Below are positions 13,947 to 27,900 of a stretch of 64,000 bases of DNA, one piece after another (the stretch's first letter is position 1; every line of letters begins with the position of its first letter). Source of the DNA: Tubulanus polymorphus (taxonomy: Eukaryota; Animalia; Nemertea); the NCBI RefSeq assembly GCF_964204645.1, contig NC_134029.1:22438950-22502949 (forward strand), read 5' to 3'. The translations under genes and the position numbers were made by a program. The notes beneath the pieces were generated by a model. It was not told the origin of the DNA. It saw only the letters and a program-made list of their open reading frames with translations, and did no database searches.

Positions 13947-16900
13947 ATATCTGTACGTAACGCGCCTGTGATTATTATGAATGGTGATGGACTTTGAAGA
14001 TTGATGTTCCCTCTCCGCCGGATTAGTAGCAGTCCTGGCGTATTCGTCTCGAGTGAATTTATCCCTGAGTTAGAACTTATGCAATCTATATCACTCACTC
14101 TCACTGATAACGATCTAAAAATTCAGCGATAAACAATAAAAACATCTATCTAGTTCTTACTTAATGCCTATTAATGATAAAAAGAAGATATTTCTGAAGC
14201 GTAGGTGTAAAGCACTTACGCGTTCCAGACATTCCTTTGGATGTTTCAGCCATCCGATGTGAAGCTTATTACGTAAAGCCTTAATCCTTATTTTGAAGAT
14301 AGATTCATTCTTTAGCTGATCTTCATCTCGTGATCGATCTGTCTAAAAACCTCTAAGATTTAAACGGGCTTAAAGAGGCCAATATCAGCGTTACCAAAAA
14401 CACCTGAGACTTGAAAGTTTTTTTATCAGATTTCCTCATATTTATGTTAGTTGCCACTTTTTTATCGGTCCAGCATCCACAATGGAAATTCAGCGGGGAC
14501 TGGCTGCGAGTAGATAACAGTTATCTGTATAGACTCGTATACAGTTGATTGGACTGTGTTTCTTCGCTGCGAGTCGGTGAAATGTTTCATCGCCGAAAAG
14601 CCTCTATTAATTTCCTTGGCGAATCGCGCGAAAACGACCGTCGTTTCCGTAGATTCGATTGCCGCTGTCCAGTCGAATCAGCAAAACTGACCAATTGTAG
14701 AATGATCGATTAGTTTACACGGTTCTCGTATGCATACACATTTTGTCTTTGATCGATGGTATTCAATGTTTTGCTATGTATTTTTCATTCCTTTCCTAGT
14801 TTTTTTTTTTTTATGATAAGACGGAATCTCCAGTATTTCTGTATAATGGACGTAGATGTCATTATTTACTCCGCCGCGCTGCTCAGCGTTTTCGCGTAGA
14901 AAAAGGTTTTTTTCGTCGAATAAAGAAAATGCACTTATTAGTGAACTTGTGAATTTATGCGTGCGTCTACTTCGGTCGTCGAACATACTTCGCGGTAATC
15001 GCCTGTTGTCTTTTGATGATAAAGGGAACTGCTCTCCAGCGCAAGGCTTTATGTTTCGGACTTAACTTGCAAATCAGGCAAGAACACTTAGGATAACGTG
15101 GTCAATCCCGGGAGTAGCGGCCTGTCTACAGCTAGAGAAGTACAAAAAACAATCTCCAAACAACAGTTAAGAGACTCTAGAGCCACGGTCGATGTTTGAT
15201 CCAACGCATGAGAAAATACCCTCGTGTTAACGCGACAATATTTAATCTGTCTGGCCAGATTCGTATTGCCGAGTTAATATTTTTTAAGGGTGACTGCGAT
15301 GGATATAATTTCCGGGCAGTCGAACGTCGTCTCAAATAAAGACATCTAATTTGGTCGGACGGGAAGGAAGGCATTACTTCTATATGAACAATGATCCTCG
15401 CTGGCTATTTGTCAAGATCACATGGCCCGCTTAACGATAAAAAAAAATCTGTGTACTTGTTGCGGATGATGACTGCATCTACAATCCTGTCAGCCCTTTT
15501 ATTACGAGGTTGTATCGAAGGTTTGCAGTCAGAAAGGCCCTGGACTCAGGGTAGCCTTTGACCACACTCTACTTGACTTCACCAAAATATGAACGTCGAA
15601 TCATATGTTTCATTGTGTCCAACATAAAAACAATTCACACTTGTCACATTTGCATATAGAGAGTATTGACTGTGTAATAAATGTGCGCAATCATCGAACC
15701 TGCCACTAGGAACCGACCGCTATTGTCTCTAAGTAATGTTTCTCTTGTCCAAAATGATTAATTTTATTGCAGCTCCCTTGATTAAAATTTTGACATCGCT
15801 CCGTAACCAGTTGGTTGGCGTTAAAGGTTGGGTGAGAGCGATGATGCTGGCGATGGATTTCAGCAACTATTTACGTATTGAAGCGAGGATTTTCTATCGA
15901 GCATCGCGCAATATTCGGATACATGTAACCGTATACCCTGTGGATGTGATCTTTTCAGCTGTCTGATCTTTACGAGGTTTCACAGTATTCAGTTCGTTTT
16001 GCGCTTGGACCGTCGCGACGGGAATTTTTTTTTTTGTTGAAGGATCCGGTTCTAAACCTTAAGCAAACGACCGTTAAAATGGCTAATGTAAGCTGGGACC
16101 GGCTGATAGATGGTGATTTCTGATTTATGCGGTTTTGATGACCGCCGTAATTCTTCGGATGCACGAAGCTTCTCGCGATCATCGTGTTCTATACGTGAAT
16201 GGTAAATGCGTCTCTCGTTAGATTAGGTATTTCCTACCGACGACGAGACCGAAACAATAACACCCTCGGACCCCCGCGAGACTCAGACATCGAAACCTAA
16301 ACCAGTCACGTTCGCTTTGTCTCTCCCGTACGCAATGAGTTGACCTAATGCGCTGGAAAGTCTCCGTTATTTATCTTCATTGTCGGCTTACCTCGGCGTT
16401 CGGCTCCCGTGAGATGACGCGATGTTAATGGTTTAATTCTATACGTGATCCGTTGTACGGTTTATCACCTTGCGACGATTGGCCATTAGTGAAGTATATA
16501 TCGCTATTACCGCTGATGAAACCGTCCCATTCAACAGCCGAGATGCCGTCCCCAAGGCTCTGTTCGGCCGATCCCCGTACCTCTTATACGCCTTCATTAC
16601 CCTTCCAGTAAGAGTGAACTCCGTGAACGCGATGAATAAAACAGTGCCAGTTCTACCTGAGGAAATCGATATGTTTATTTGAATCACGTCTTTATGCATT
16701 TCCAACACTATCCCATCCAGTAAGTAGCTACATTACGATAAATCATACCCTTTGATTATCATGCAGTTATTTAACAGCATTTTCTTGAAGTAACGACTCT
16801 ACATTTTCAACCGATTGAGGTTAAATCAAGTTCCATTTCATCTGAAGGTATTGCTTTAGCCGCAATCACACAAGCAGATTTGTCTCAGGGCCTGATCAGT

Positions 16901-19900
16901 GCCAATTTTGTACAGGCCAAATCGTGATCGCAGCTTTTTTGGAATCAAATCTATTAGTACCGTGTATTTGTATACGCGGTCGAAAATGAATAAACATTTC
17001 ATCAGCTTACTAACATCGTGTGTACATTGCCGCAGTTTTGGTGTGTATTTATCCTAATAGGTTTCTTTCATATGTTATCTTAATCATGCTTCGCTGGAGA
17101 CGTGTTATATTGCCAATATCAGGAAATTACGGAGTTTGATATGTAATATTAATTTGTATAGTTTCAGCGCTCTCTGTTAGGTGGCGTGTGAGCTGTGCGT
17201 GGACTTCGGTTCGTTTGCTACGTCGTTGCTTAGCTCGAAAATCCATAAAATCTGATAGCCGGGAAAATAGATTCTAAAGATACCTTCCAGCGTGCCAAAC
17301 TATAATAGAAAGTTACCCGATACTAACCATTAATAATCAAATAATCAAGTAAATCTAAACCCCAGGATTCACAGGCATATTGTATAGAAAGTATCGAAGT
17401 AAGGTGATATCATCGTAGACGGTTTTTTCTTCGAGCTTTTAAGTGATACCCTGCTGTGTCTTTAATTAGCTTTAGGCTGAGGATATTTCCACGACACTTT
17501 TCGCTATTCCGAGTTATCAGTAGCTTCTGATATCAGACGCAGTTTCTGTGAAGAGCCTGCTGAAAAACTTCCTACACAGTATGTTGATGAAGCAAAACAT
17601 ATAAATTGCCTGTTGGCTTATCAGATAATTGCTTACAGACATCGGCTTACCTTAGCTTACCTAAGATATGAATACTTCAGTCTGAAAGCAAAAGCGAGCT
17701 ACAAGTGGCCCGCGAAAATCCCATTAAAACGTCACTTGGAATCAAAAAAATAAAGCGAAGTTGTGGCTTATATCATATTATCTGTGTGCAGTATTGAAGT
17801 TATAATCGGTTTGTGAAGTTTTCAACCTGTTTATCACACCTGCGTGTATGTTTATAGTGAAATTCGATGTTTTTCTGTTTTTACCTTTGAGGTAAAACAA
17901 CTTTTAAACATCTGTTTATGCGTTTGTTATCTGTTGCATCGAGATCGGCTGTTCGCGATTGTCGAGTAACCCCGATGATGCCGGAAAGTTCGCCCGGTGT
18001 TGTTGCGAGTCCAGACAGAAACTTCTATCAGATATTCAAATATCCGACTTCTGAAGGTTTTCTATGTATATATTCGAACAGTTCTGACTCCCGACGTATT
18101 TTGGTGATGGTCCGATGAAATCCCTAAGAGGATTAACAGTCACGCGAAGAACCGCTGAGGTGGGAAGTGAACCCGCTCAGGACGAATATGAAATTTGTTA
18201 TTTTTTCAGCTGGGAATGGTGATTAGTATGCTTTCCACGCGAGCATCTTTAATATCATCCTATTTATTCATGCGGATGTCCATAAATCTGGCTCGGTGAA
18301 TTATTGGCTTTTCTGAACTAAAGCCTATCTCATCTCGGATCATATCTTACTGCATGATATCTCGAGGGTTTGATCAACTCGTGCGAGGGTCGTTTTTTTT
18401 TCAATCCGCTTGTTACTCGTCATTCATGTTTTATGAGATATCGTCGCGTCGTCGTTAAGATAAAATCGTCGATGGAAATAAATCGTCCATTAGAAGAAAA
18501 TTAATAGCCGATGAAACTGTAATTAATGACAGGAAATGCAATAATTCTTATCAGGTGAAATCTTCATTTGTTAGTCTTACTGAAGTAGGATCACGTGGAA
18601 ATGATCAGAGTTTTCTATTATTTCCTATTAGCTTATTTAATCAAAATTCATTTAGACATAAAGATTAACAAATTACACTATTTTCCATCGATATAGCTGC
18701 ATCACTATATTACTAGTTAGTCCTTAGCATATACCCCTGGCGCAGACCAATTTGAGAACAGACATTTTGCTAGTCTATACATTTTGGTCCATTTTGATTG
18801 GAACACAGGAAGAGTCTAACTTCAAACATTCTAAATTATGCTGGTGAACATAAGTCAATGAACATAAATATACTTATTAAAACATGAAAGTTTGAATCAA
18901 TGTCGAAAAAGACTTGTAATTTGAAACTATTTTCACCTGTCTGAAAAGTTCTTTAATAAACAGCCTAATAATCGACTAATTTTGGTGTGAGAGCGAAAAG
19001 TTCAATTATTTATGATATCGAATCGGATATTCTGGATGAATCAGATCAAGATCCTGAGGAAAAAGAAAAAGAAGTTACTAATATTCGTGATTCAGACTTT
19101 CCTACGCGAGATTTGTCATCATAAGCTGCGAGCGAGAGAGAAAGAGAAGAGAGGAGAGAGGACAATGTTGGTAACAGCAGTTACTGCGTTCTGTCACCCG
19201 AGCATCTAATGACGCATCGATCTCTCGACTGACGTATGACTAATAACAGCGCCAACTACACGCATGATTTCCATCAGAGGATAAACTCTGATGAACATTT
19301 TCTTTATAAGTAGAATCGTGTTGTCGTAGTATCGTATACTACACTGCGCAAGTGCCTTTCAGTCGTGTGTACGCACCAGCTACGAATCCCGAATCTCATC
19401 GACTCCTCCTCGTGCGCAACGATGACGAAAAAATATTTGTACAAATTGTTCGCAAATTCGTCGGTTGTGTGTAAGTAGCTGCTATAATATAACGTATCAT
19501 TACTAATGTACGCGAGTTCGGATGTGAAAAACAATTCAGAGCGACTGCATGTAACACTCCCCCGAGGAATAGAGTCCGTTTAAAAAAAGTGTTATATCCA
19601 AATTGAATCCCAATAGATCCGACCCTTCCTCACTTTGATGAACTTACACTGTCTCGCCTAGTGTCAGTTCTTGTTAAATTCAGTTTGAAAAAAAATTATT
19701 TCCATAACTATAACGTTAGCGTTCAGTAAAAATAGCACTATATTTCGAAGCGCTTGTGAATGGTTGTGTTGTACATTATAAACTACTAGCCACATCTGAT
19801 TGATTCATCATCTTAGTAAGTTATCTATGGATGCAGGTGCGTCTACACTACCTACCTATGTACAACTCGGCTGGCTACCGTTAGGTCGAAATAGAACTTC

Positions 19901-20664
19901 AACTTTCAATAGTTTATACAGCTATCGATCAGACTACATTTCATCGCCGTTTTCTGGGATTGTTCGGGATAATTTCGTCATCGTCGCTCATGGATTCAAC
20001 GATAGAAATCTCGCAAAAATGAAATTCATTTCTGGATTATCGTAATGGATTCGTTCGTACGGGGAAACGACGAGGAATAAGAAATTCGTTAATGAACATT
20101 TTTCAAAGGATGGTTTTATATTGAGAAGCACGATTCGGGATAATATTGAGAAGCATAATTGAGCGCTTCGAGGTTGGAATAAGGGCGCATACAACATAAG
20201 TACGCGATTAGATTCTGGCATGTTACAAGTAAATCAATTAAACGCTGATGACTTCCTGGAAATGTGCCGCATGCATAAATGAACTTATTCCATCGTCAAA
20301 CCATGAGAGAGATTTCCATCGGATGATTTGCTGCAAAAGTGAATTACTGCAGAAATGCTGCTGCAGCAGCTGCAATCACCATGGTTATCTGTACATCATT
20401 GACTCATCACTAAAAACAGCCTTGTATCAAAATATAACTAGTGCCTGGAAAATTCAGAACGGTTTCTGATTCCATCAACTGTGGCCTTTTCTTTTTGACG
20501 TCTTCCATTTTCTACTGATTTTTTGATACGCACATAAATCGATGTTTTACTTCGGAAATATTTTTGATATTTGTTTTTACGATGAAACGATGAATTCGCC
20601 GTCGATTTTTCAAACTTACGGAAAGTTTTTTTATAAGTATTAAACGACTTTGTCGATATCAAAC

Positions 20665-20773
20665 ATGGACGTCGAAACTTCAAACTTACTGTTTAAAGTG
20701 CTCGGATGGACTAAGCTTCCGGGATTTAACAAGAAGGATGCCGATCCTATGGAACCGGGACCTGATATGAAAG
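20665..20773 (+). CDS. Fe65: Fe65 candidate first coding exon (MDVETSNLLFKVLGWTKLPGFNKKDADPMEPGPDMK)
   Basis: AAACATGG start context and an open frame to the strong donor AAG|GTAAGC. The donor is phase 1, matching the phase-1 acceptor at 31676. No homology support seen. Confidence 0.6.
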
Positions 20774-21895
20774 GTAAGCCGGTAATCAATTATTCAAGAT
20801 CAGGCGAATGTTCTATGATTCATTTAGTACATTTTGGTTTATTATCGCTGGACAATCGGTCATGAATTCTTATGAGCCCGCTGTCCCTCACTGGTCATCT
20901 CTCTCCTCTTCTCTCTCTTCTCTCTCTCCTCTTTCTGCACTCGTTTTTTTCACCTGCCATTACTTCGCTCTCCGCCATTATGAATAAAGGATGAGCCCCG
21001 TACAAACACCGGCAGGTTTTTCTTCCGAGAAGAATAATAACGATCAGAGCTTATCGGGTCGGTGTTTGTTTGTGGTTTGTATAGTTTCGGTCAGTGTTGA
21101 TGCTGGAATTTTCTCATAAAGATGGCAACACCACAAACACTATGTAGCTTACATTCATGCGTCTTGTATCGCGATGTTTATCAGTCATATTCTCACATTA
21201 TTCTAGCTCAGCAGTAACATGTGAAATATGTTGCTTCATCTAGTTCACTAGTTTCCCATACTGTGATCGTTCGGGGAAAGTCTGTTTCGCGATTTTTCAA
21301 GATCAACATCATCCAGAATGTGCCGAGCTTCATCTTACTGAAGGTCGTTTCAGATGTAGGTCAGCAAAAATGACCTTATCATAAGAATGGTTTGGGACCG
21401 ATCGAACATACTGAATTAGTCGAGGTCGACTGCGGTTGAAGTGATACAGTTTCCCGTCGGTTCTGGCCACTGCTAGAATAGATTAGCTAAGGTTGAGTTG
21501 ACATCGTCAGGAGATATTAATGAGAACTGAAGGATGGACAAAGAATGTATAATGCTTTGTATGTACGTCATGTACATAATGTATTAGTTTTGTGCGATTA
21601 CGGATTCTGTACATGTTACTTGTGTAAACCAATCTTCTTTACCATTCGATCGATAACATATGTACGGGGAACCGGTATAGTCCACAGAGCTGGTCGGCGT
21701 CCGGCGATTAGGTCTGATGCTGCTTTTCCCACTGGATATGCATTATCATATCAGGGAACGGCCTCTAATGCCACAAACTTGTCCGATATTCTTCGGTTGA
21801 TGGTCAACGGAGATTTCGATGACTAGACGTATCCAAGAAGTTGTATACATCTAAATCGCTCACTGGCGTATTAAGTAGTCGATCCCGTCATAAAC

Positions 21896-21965
<70 letters not shown>

Positions 21966-24900
21966 ATATATATATATACATATACATATATGTTCTCATG
22001 CGTTGGCAGACGAATTAGAAATCAACATAATTCATACATATGTGCTTATCCAATATTTTCAAGGCTTAAGTCAATAAAGTCGTTCTTCCTGAAAGGAACT
22101 ATTATTACCCTCTGAACGACCATTTCACATCGTCTTCGGTTTCTAATGGCACTCTATTCTCCGCCTCGGTTTTTCCGACTGTAATCTCCAAGACAAACAT
22201 TCGGTATTCTATGACCGTTTCGAGCGGCTATCAACCGCGCGTTATTACCAACCTGGACCTAGATAAGTAGCAACTCGAATGATCTTTATCGCCACGTTCG
22301 GCTTCAGATTTCCGATAGTTCGGACGTCTAAGGTGGCCACTAGATTGGTTAAAGAATCATATAACGAACGGTATAGATGCGGTGCAGCTTTGCAGTAATT
22401 TCCTGCGCGCGCTGCGCCGGTATATTACGACGTCAACATCACGTCTTAAATCACGGTTTACCGTTGACAAACTGATACAGAAGAACTTCTTTTTTTCGAA
22501 GGTTATTGACCGACGAGTTTCAAAACTTTCCACACTTCGGACGTTGATCGGAAAAGGTCGAAACAACGTTGGTTCCGAATGATAATGTTAAGCTGTAAAC
22601 CGTCCAGCAATCTCCAAATGCTGAAATCACCAGCTCTGTTGACAGGCATTCTCAGTAGCAATTTCACATTTAGATGCATTAAGATTATTGCGAGATGCTG
22701 TAAGTAATGGCCGTGATTTACTCGAGTAATTGATGCGAATAAATCATGTAATTGATATGCCCGGAATTGTTCTCATGGCAATGATACACATTTCATCTAG
22801 ATTTCCCTCTTCACGTGTCATCTACATACAGCTCATTTCAAGTCTTATGATGAATGTCTCTTATATGTAGCGCGTTCGGTGCTGAAACTAGCTCGACATC
22901 GTGCTTCAGATGATAAAGTTTGGGCAGTCGTCGCTGATGAAAATGTGTCGATTGTTTGGTACGGAAGTTGTGGGAAGGGATATTGATATCTGGAGGTAAT
23001 GGGCGATATTTTTACGACTTACGACGAAACCCGGCAGAAAACGGGCTGAAAATCATGATTAATAGATTAATGATATTCGCGTGTGTCTCGCATCGATAAA
23101 TACGAAATAAAGCACGCACTGAGCGGACAATAGTTTTATCGCTTGTATTTAATCTCTCTGGCTCCATATGACTGCGTGTCAGTTCCTCCAGCACTTCCTA
23201 CCCAGGTAACTGTAGCTAATACGACGAATAATATTCCATCCGATAACAATATGTTGATAAATGGTTATTAAGTCGAGCGCAGCTGGTTGTTGTTAAGCTC
23301 GTTACTAGGGTTATCCGGGGGCGCCTTTATCTCTCTTTACGATACGTTCGAGATTTATGAAATTGGTTTTACCTCCGATGATTATCGATCGATCGTCGGA
23401 GGATAGAAAACTGGATTGAAGCCAATTTAACGATGATTCAATACGTCGCTAGTCGGAGCGGGGTGAGTCAAATCAACAGGTCACCAGCCGTATATCAGCC
23501 GTACTCAGGACTCGCTGATGACTAAAGGTAGATTCAATAGTCTGGGATAAGCGGGTCGTACGGGGACCTGTTGAAGCAGCAGCAGCAGCAGCAGTGATGG
23601 CGGCAGCTGATGAATCATACCTCTGCATTATTATTACAAGACGAAACCGACATCAGCGACGGCGGGACAGTCGCTGATTCGAGTTTATTGAAGGAAATAT
23701 CAGAGGAGCATTAATTGGGTACTTGGAAGATAGCAATCTTTGAATGGGTAAAGTGGTGGAAAAAGGGACCAGTGGAATTCTCAACGACGGAATGAAAGCT
23801 GAATTCGGCCGCGCTATGATGTTCTAATGAAACGAGCAAGAAGAAACCTGTTGCTTGATCATCGACTACTAAGCTGTGACTCAGACGGCGGATAATCTTG
23901 ATTCAGGTTGACGTCTGACTGTTTTTAGTCGCACAGACAGGAGCAGACGGGGCGTTCTTCATGCACTAACACTACTGCATCTAATCTACTGCTATCATCA
24001 ACACCATCTTCATCCAAACCATTTTTCCTTTTCTATCATCATCTCGGTGAAAATCTCTTCTTCACAAAATTTTTCATTTATTCACGAAATTTCTTTCTTT
24101 TACATCCAAATATTGTCTCGATAATTCATTCACGCGTGACAGGGAGATATTCCTCGGGGAATGAAAATACTGCAAATCATTGAAATTCCGGTATATCTGC
24201 GCGTGCACAAACGCGCCACCGCTGTCGAGGTTTTGCGTATTTTCATTCCCGAATAATTTTCATATGCGTAAAATCATAAGGAATTCGCCCCGAGTGGAAG
24301 GATAGGCGTTGAACGCTATTACGTGTGGACTAAGTAACCAATCAGCTCGATGTGGCAAAGTACTTGTAATTTACAGTGGAACTTCATGATGGATAACAGA
24401 AACATGTATTCAAATGAACGATGCGGTAAGGACGAATCGTGAGGACTTTTTAAGGTCCCGAAATGTTACTTATCTATACTCGCCTTTCGAATTATGTTAA
24501 ATGTGTTAATTAGGGCGCCAGTTCTAGAGTGGCTGCGTTAAAAGACTTTTTACTGCTTTCGCATTTATTTCTACTTCTTTCCGTCATTTGCATGTTGCAG
24601 CTCGGTATTTTAATGTATTTAGATTGGTTGTATATCGGTGACACGCGTCGCGGTTGTTGCTGTTTAATGAACTCGTTCAGTAAAGCAGAATTCTGCGCTA
24701 ATTGATTTATCCGAGATACGAGCCGGGTTTATTTTGTGACAGATTTTTAAGGCGGGGTAATTAATTTAATTATCTATAATTGATGAAGGTGGCAGTTTTT
24801 CTGCGGGAGACCGGCCGAGCAGCGTGGCGGCAATGAGTGTAGACAGCAAGAAAGCAGCATTACCTGCAAGATTTATTGATATTGGTCTGGGCCGGGGAGG

Positions 24901-27900
24901 TTTATGACTGTGATTCGCTGTCTAGAGTCAGACTCACTAATCACTGAACCTGTCTGACTATGTCTGGTCGCGCTGTGCTGATAAGACACGGCATTCTTTC
25001 ACCCGGTACGTGGGGACCTGCGCTGACTAATTAATGTGGCCTTCAAAACTTCCATGCGACTGGCACAGTTCGCGCGCGGCGCGTATTGCCGGCACGAATA
25101 AGCCATTTACACCCGGTAAAACATGAATAATTCGTGAAATCATGAATATATCTGTGACCGCACTTTTTTTCGCGTTCCCCGAAGAATCGGGTATCCGGTT
25201 ACTGGCGGGTTGATTCCCGATTCGTCATGTGATGAGTAAACGCCGCAATAAAATGATCAACTACGACATGTTCGGCGCCCACCGTGGCGAACGTGTCGGA
25301 TTTCACACCACCTTCAAACCCGCTATGACACTGATAATGTCATAGGGAATTTCACCGGAAAATCTCCGAGCGTTTCGAATTTCCGTGAAGCTCACTGATA
25401 TACAGTAGCGGAATTCGATAATATAGTGGTGTTTCGGTATTGGTGCTAATTGCAGTTTTCACGTGTCCAGCTGCCGTAAAAAGCCCCGTTTAGTCGCAGT
25501 GTGACATGAAGTAGCAGTAAACAGTGCCATTACTCAGAACCTATACGGTATTCAAGTGGTTGCAAAGTTAAGTGGTTTCTCGTGATTAGCCGTTGTATGC
25601 GGACATTCAACAAATGACACGGCATCGCTATGATACCAACAGGTCTCGAGGACAGTCTGTGATATCACCATCAGGACACAACTGCCGAGACTATTTCCAG
25701 TGCAAAACTATAGACAATCCCGCACTCAAATAGAAAAACGATTCCAAAAAGGTTTTATTTCATTAAAGATTTATTCTAAACGTTTCTGCTTTAAACGAAT
25801 CTTCAGGAATACAGATACAAAGCCGAAACACTAGAAATGAATCATTTACGAACGGAAACCTTTTCAGACCCGTTTTTCCTTTCTGAATGAGGAATTTACT
25901 ATATTATCTTTATCACGGACAGAGTGTTTCATCAACGGTTTACTGAATTCTGAGCCTTCTTTCGCTTGATTCGAATGCTGTAATGGTCAACATGAGGGAT
26001 TTTTTACTTCAAAGATCGAAGACAGGTACGATTTTAACAGAAATATTTACTCCTTTTCAGAACTATCTTACTATATAGAAGAATTCATTGTTTTGATTTA
26101 TAAAACTCGGTAGTCATTTAGACGTAGGATCGGGTGTATAGCGATAATGATTTGTGACGTTATTACATCGCCGAGGCATTGTTTATAGCGAGATCTAAGC
26201 TGTGGATTTGATGTCGGCGTTATTACAGTCTTAGTCGCGTTCCTGACCCGGTTACTAATCTCTCGCAGCGTGTCCCTGCGTCATCGTCGTCTCCGGTCGG
26301 CGTCCATTTTTCGTCGCCCGTTTAAATTTACGAAAACCCGTTTCGACCCGCACGATCTTTCACCGCGTCGTCGTTAAACATTATTTACATTTCATTCCGC
26401 CATCTTTTCGTCGAGTTCGCTAATGAGATTTCGCGCCGTTCACCGCGGAGTATGAAACGAAACTCGTGAAATTTGTTTCTCTCCGAGAGACGGCCGTTTC
26501 TTATCGCCTGTTTAGGAACATCGCCGCGCGTTAGGTTCTATGTTATCGTTCGGTGCAGATATGGATTTTCTTCATGTCCATCAAAAACGTTGTTTCGAAA
26601 TCTTTCGCGAATGAGGCGCGCAAAAATAAAGACTTATTACACATCGAAGGAAAGATTTATTGCGGCGATTTGTTGATTGATGATATCGAATTGTTCAGTT
26701 GAGAAAGTTTCAACTCATCGATCATTTTTCAGTCGGAAATACAGGTAAATTTTGATGAATCTAGTTTTCCCGTTTTCGGATAGCGGAAAAGCTCAATCAG
26801 ACGTCTGCTCAGGCTAATTCGAGCAATCGGAACAGAAATGAACAACGAACTTATTAAAAAAGACATTTTTCAAGTCTGCAAAATAGCTGATATACATAAT
26901 CTTTAGTTGATACTAGAAAATTTCATGACTATCAAAACTAGTCCATTTATCAATTGATAAAACTTATTTAACTGCAATATTTTGCTTAAATTTTTGGGTA
27001 ATTAATACCTCATTCAGGTCTTAACTTGACCCCAAAAACCACGAACACCTTGACTGAATATCCAATATTATACCAGTTCTGTATGGATTCGAACAATTGC
27101 CAAACAGTTCTAGTGTTCAACTTGAATAAAAAGATTTTATGCTAATTCTTCAAATCAGGAGATAACTTGTATGATATCAGATGATGTCTGCAATTTTCTT
27201 CTGGGTCAACTTAAAAACTAGATGAGATATGTACCCCGGAAATTAGAAAAAAAATCGTAGAAAAAACAAGTCTCACTGATTAACAAATGGTCTGTCGAAA
27301 GTAATTTGCATATGTTAATTAAGGCAAGCGCGGGCAATTTGGAGTTATTTAGTAATGTTCGATTATTACTGACGCCGGTTTCTGTATGGCTTGACGAGGG
27401 GAAATGTTGTGAAAAATTGATGCCGACATAATCAATGCGAACTGCGGCCGCGTTCTAGTGATATCCAGACTAACTATACTCGAAGGACCTCCGACTGGCT
27501 GCAACAGTTCAACAATGTGAGCCGCGACAATCGCCATAGTAACAGGTTGTTCTTGTTTCGTTTTTTTTTCAACGAAACTGCTCGAATCTGATTGGACGAT
27601 TCGTCCTATAATTACGCAAGATTAGAACGTTGAAGTATTGTTCGGAATCGGGTTTTTTAAAGCGCGACTGAGATTTTCACGGTAAAATGCGTGAGAAGGA
27701 TTTTCAGCGAACGAATGCTCGTCGAGGTAAGTTACGAATCGCGAGGTACATGTTCCCCGTGTTTTCTTTTTTCGAAGATAAACGATATTACGTGGATAAT
27801 GCATGAAACGCCGCGGTACGAAGGGCTTTGATTTATCAGTTTCTCGATTTGCGAGATTTGTTTTGATAATATACGACCTCTTTAAACACGGAATTGATGA

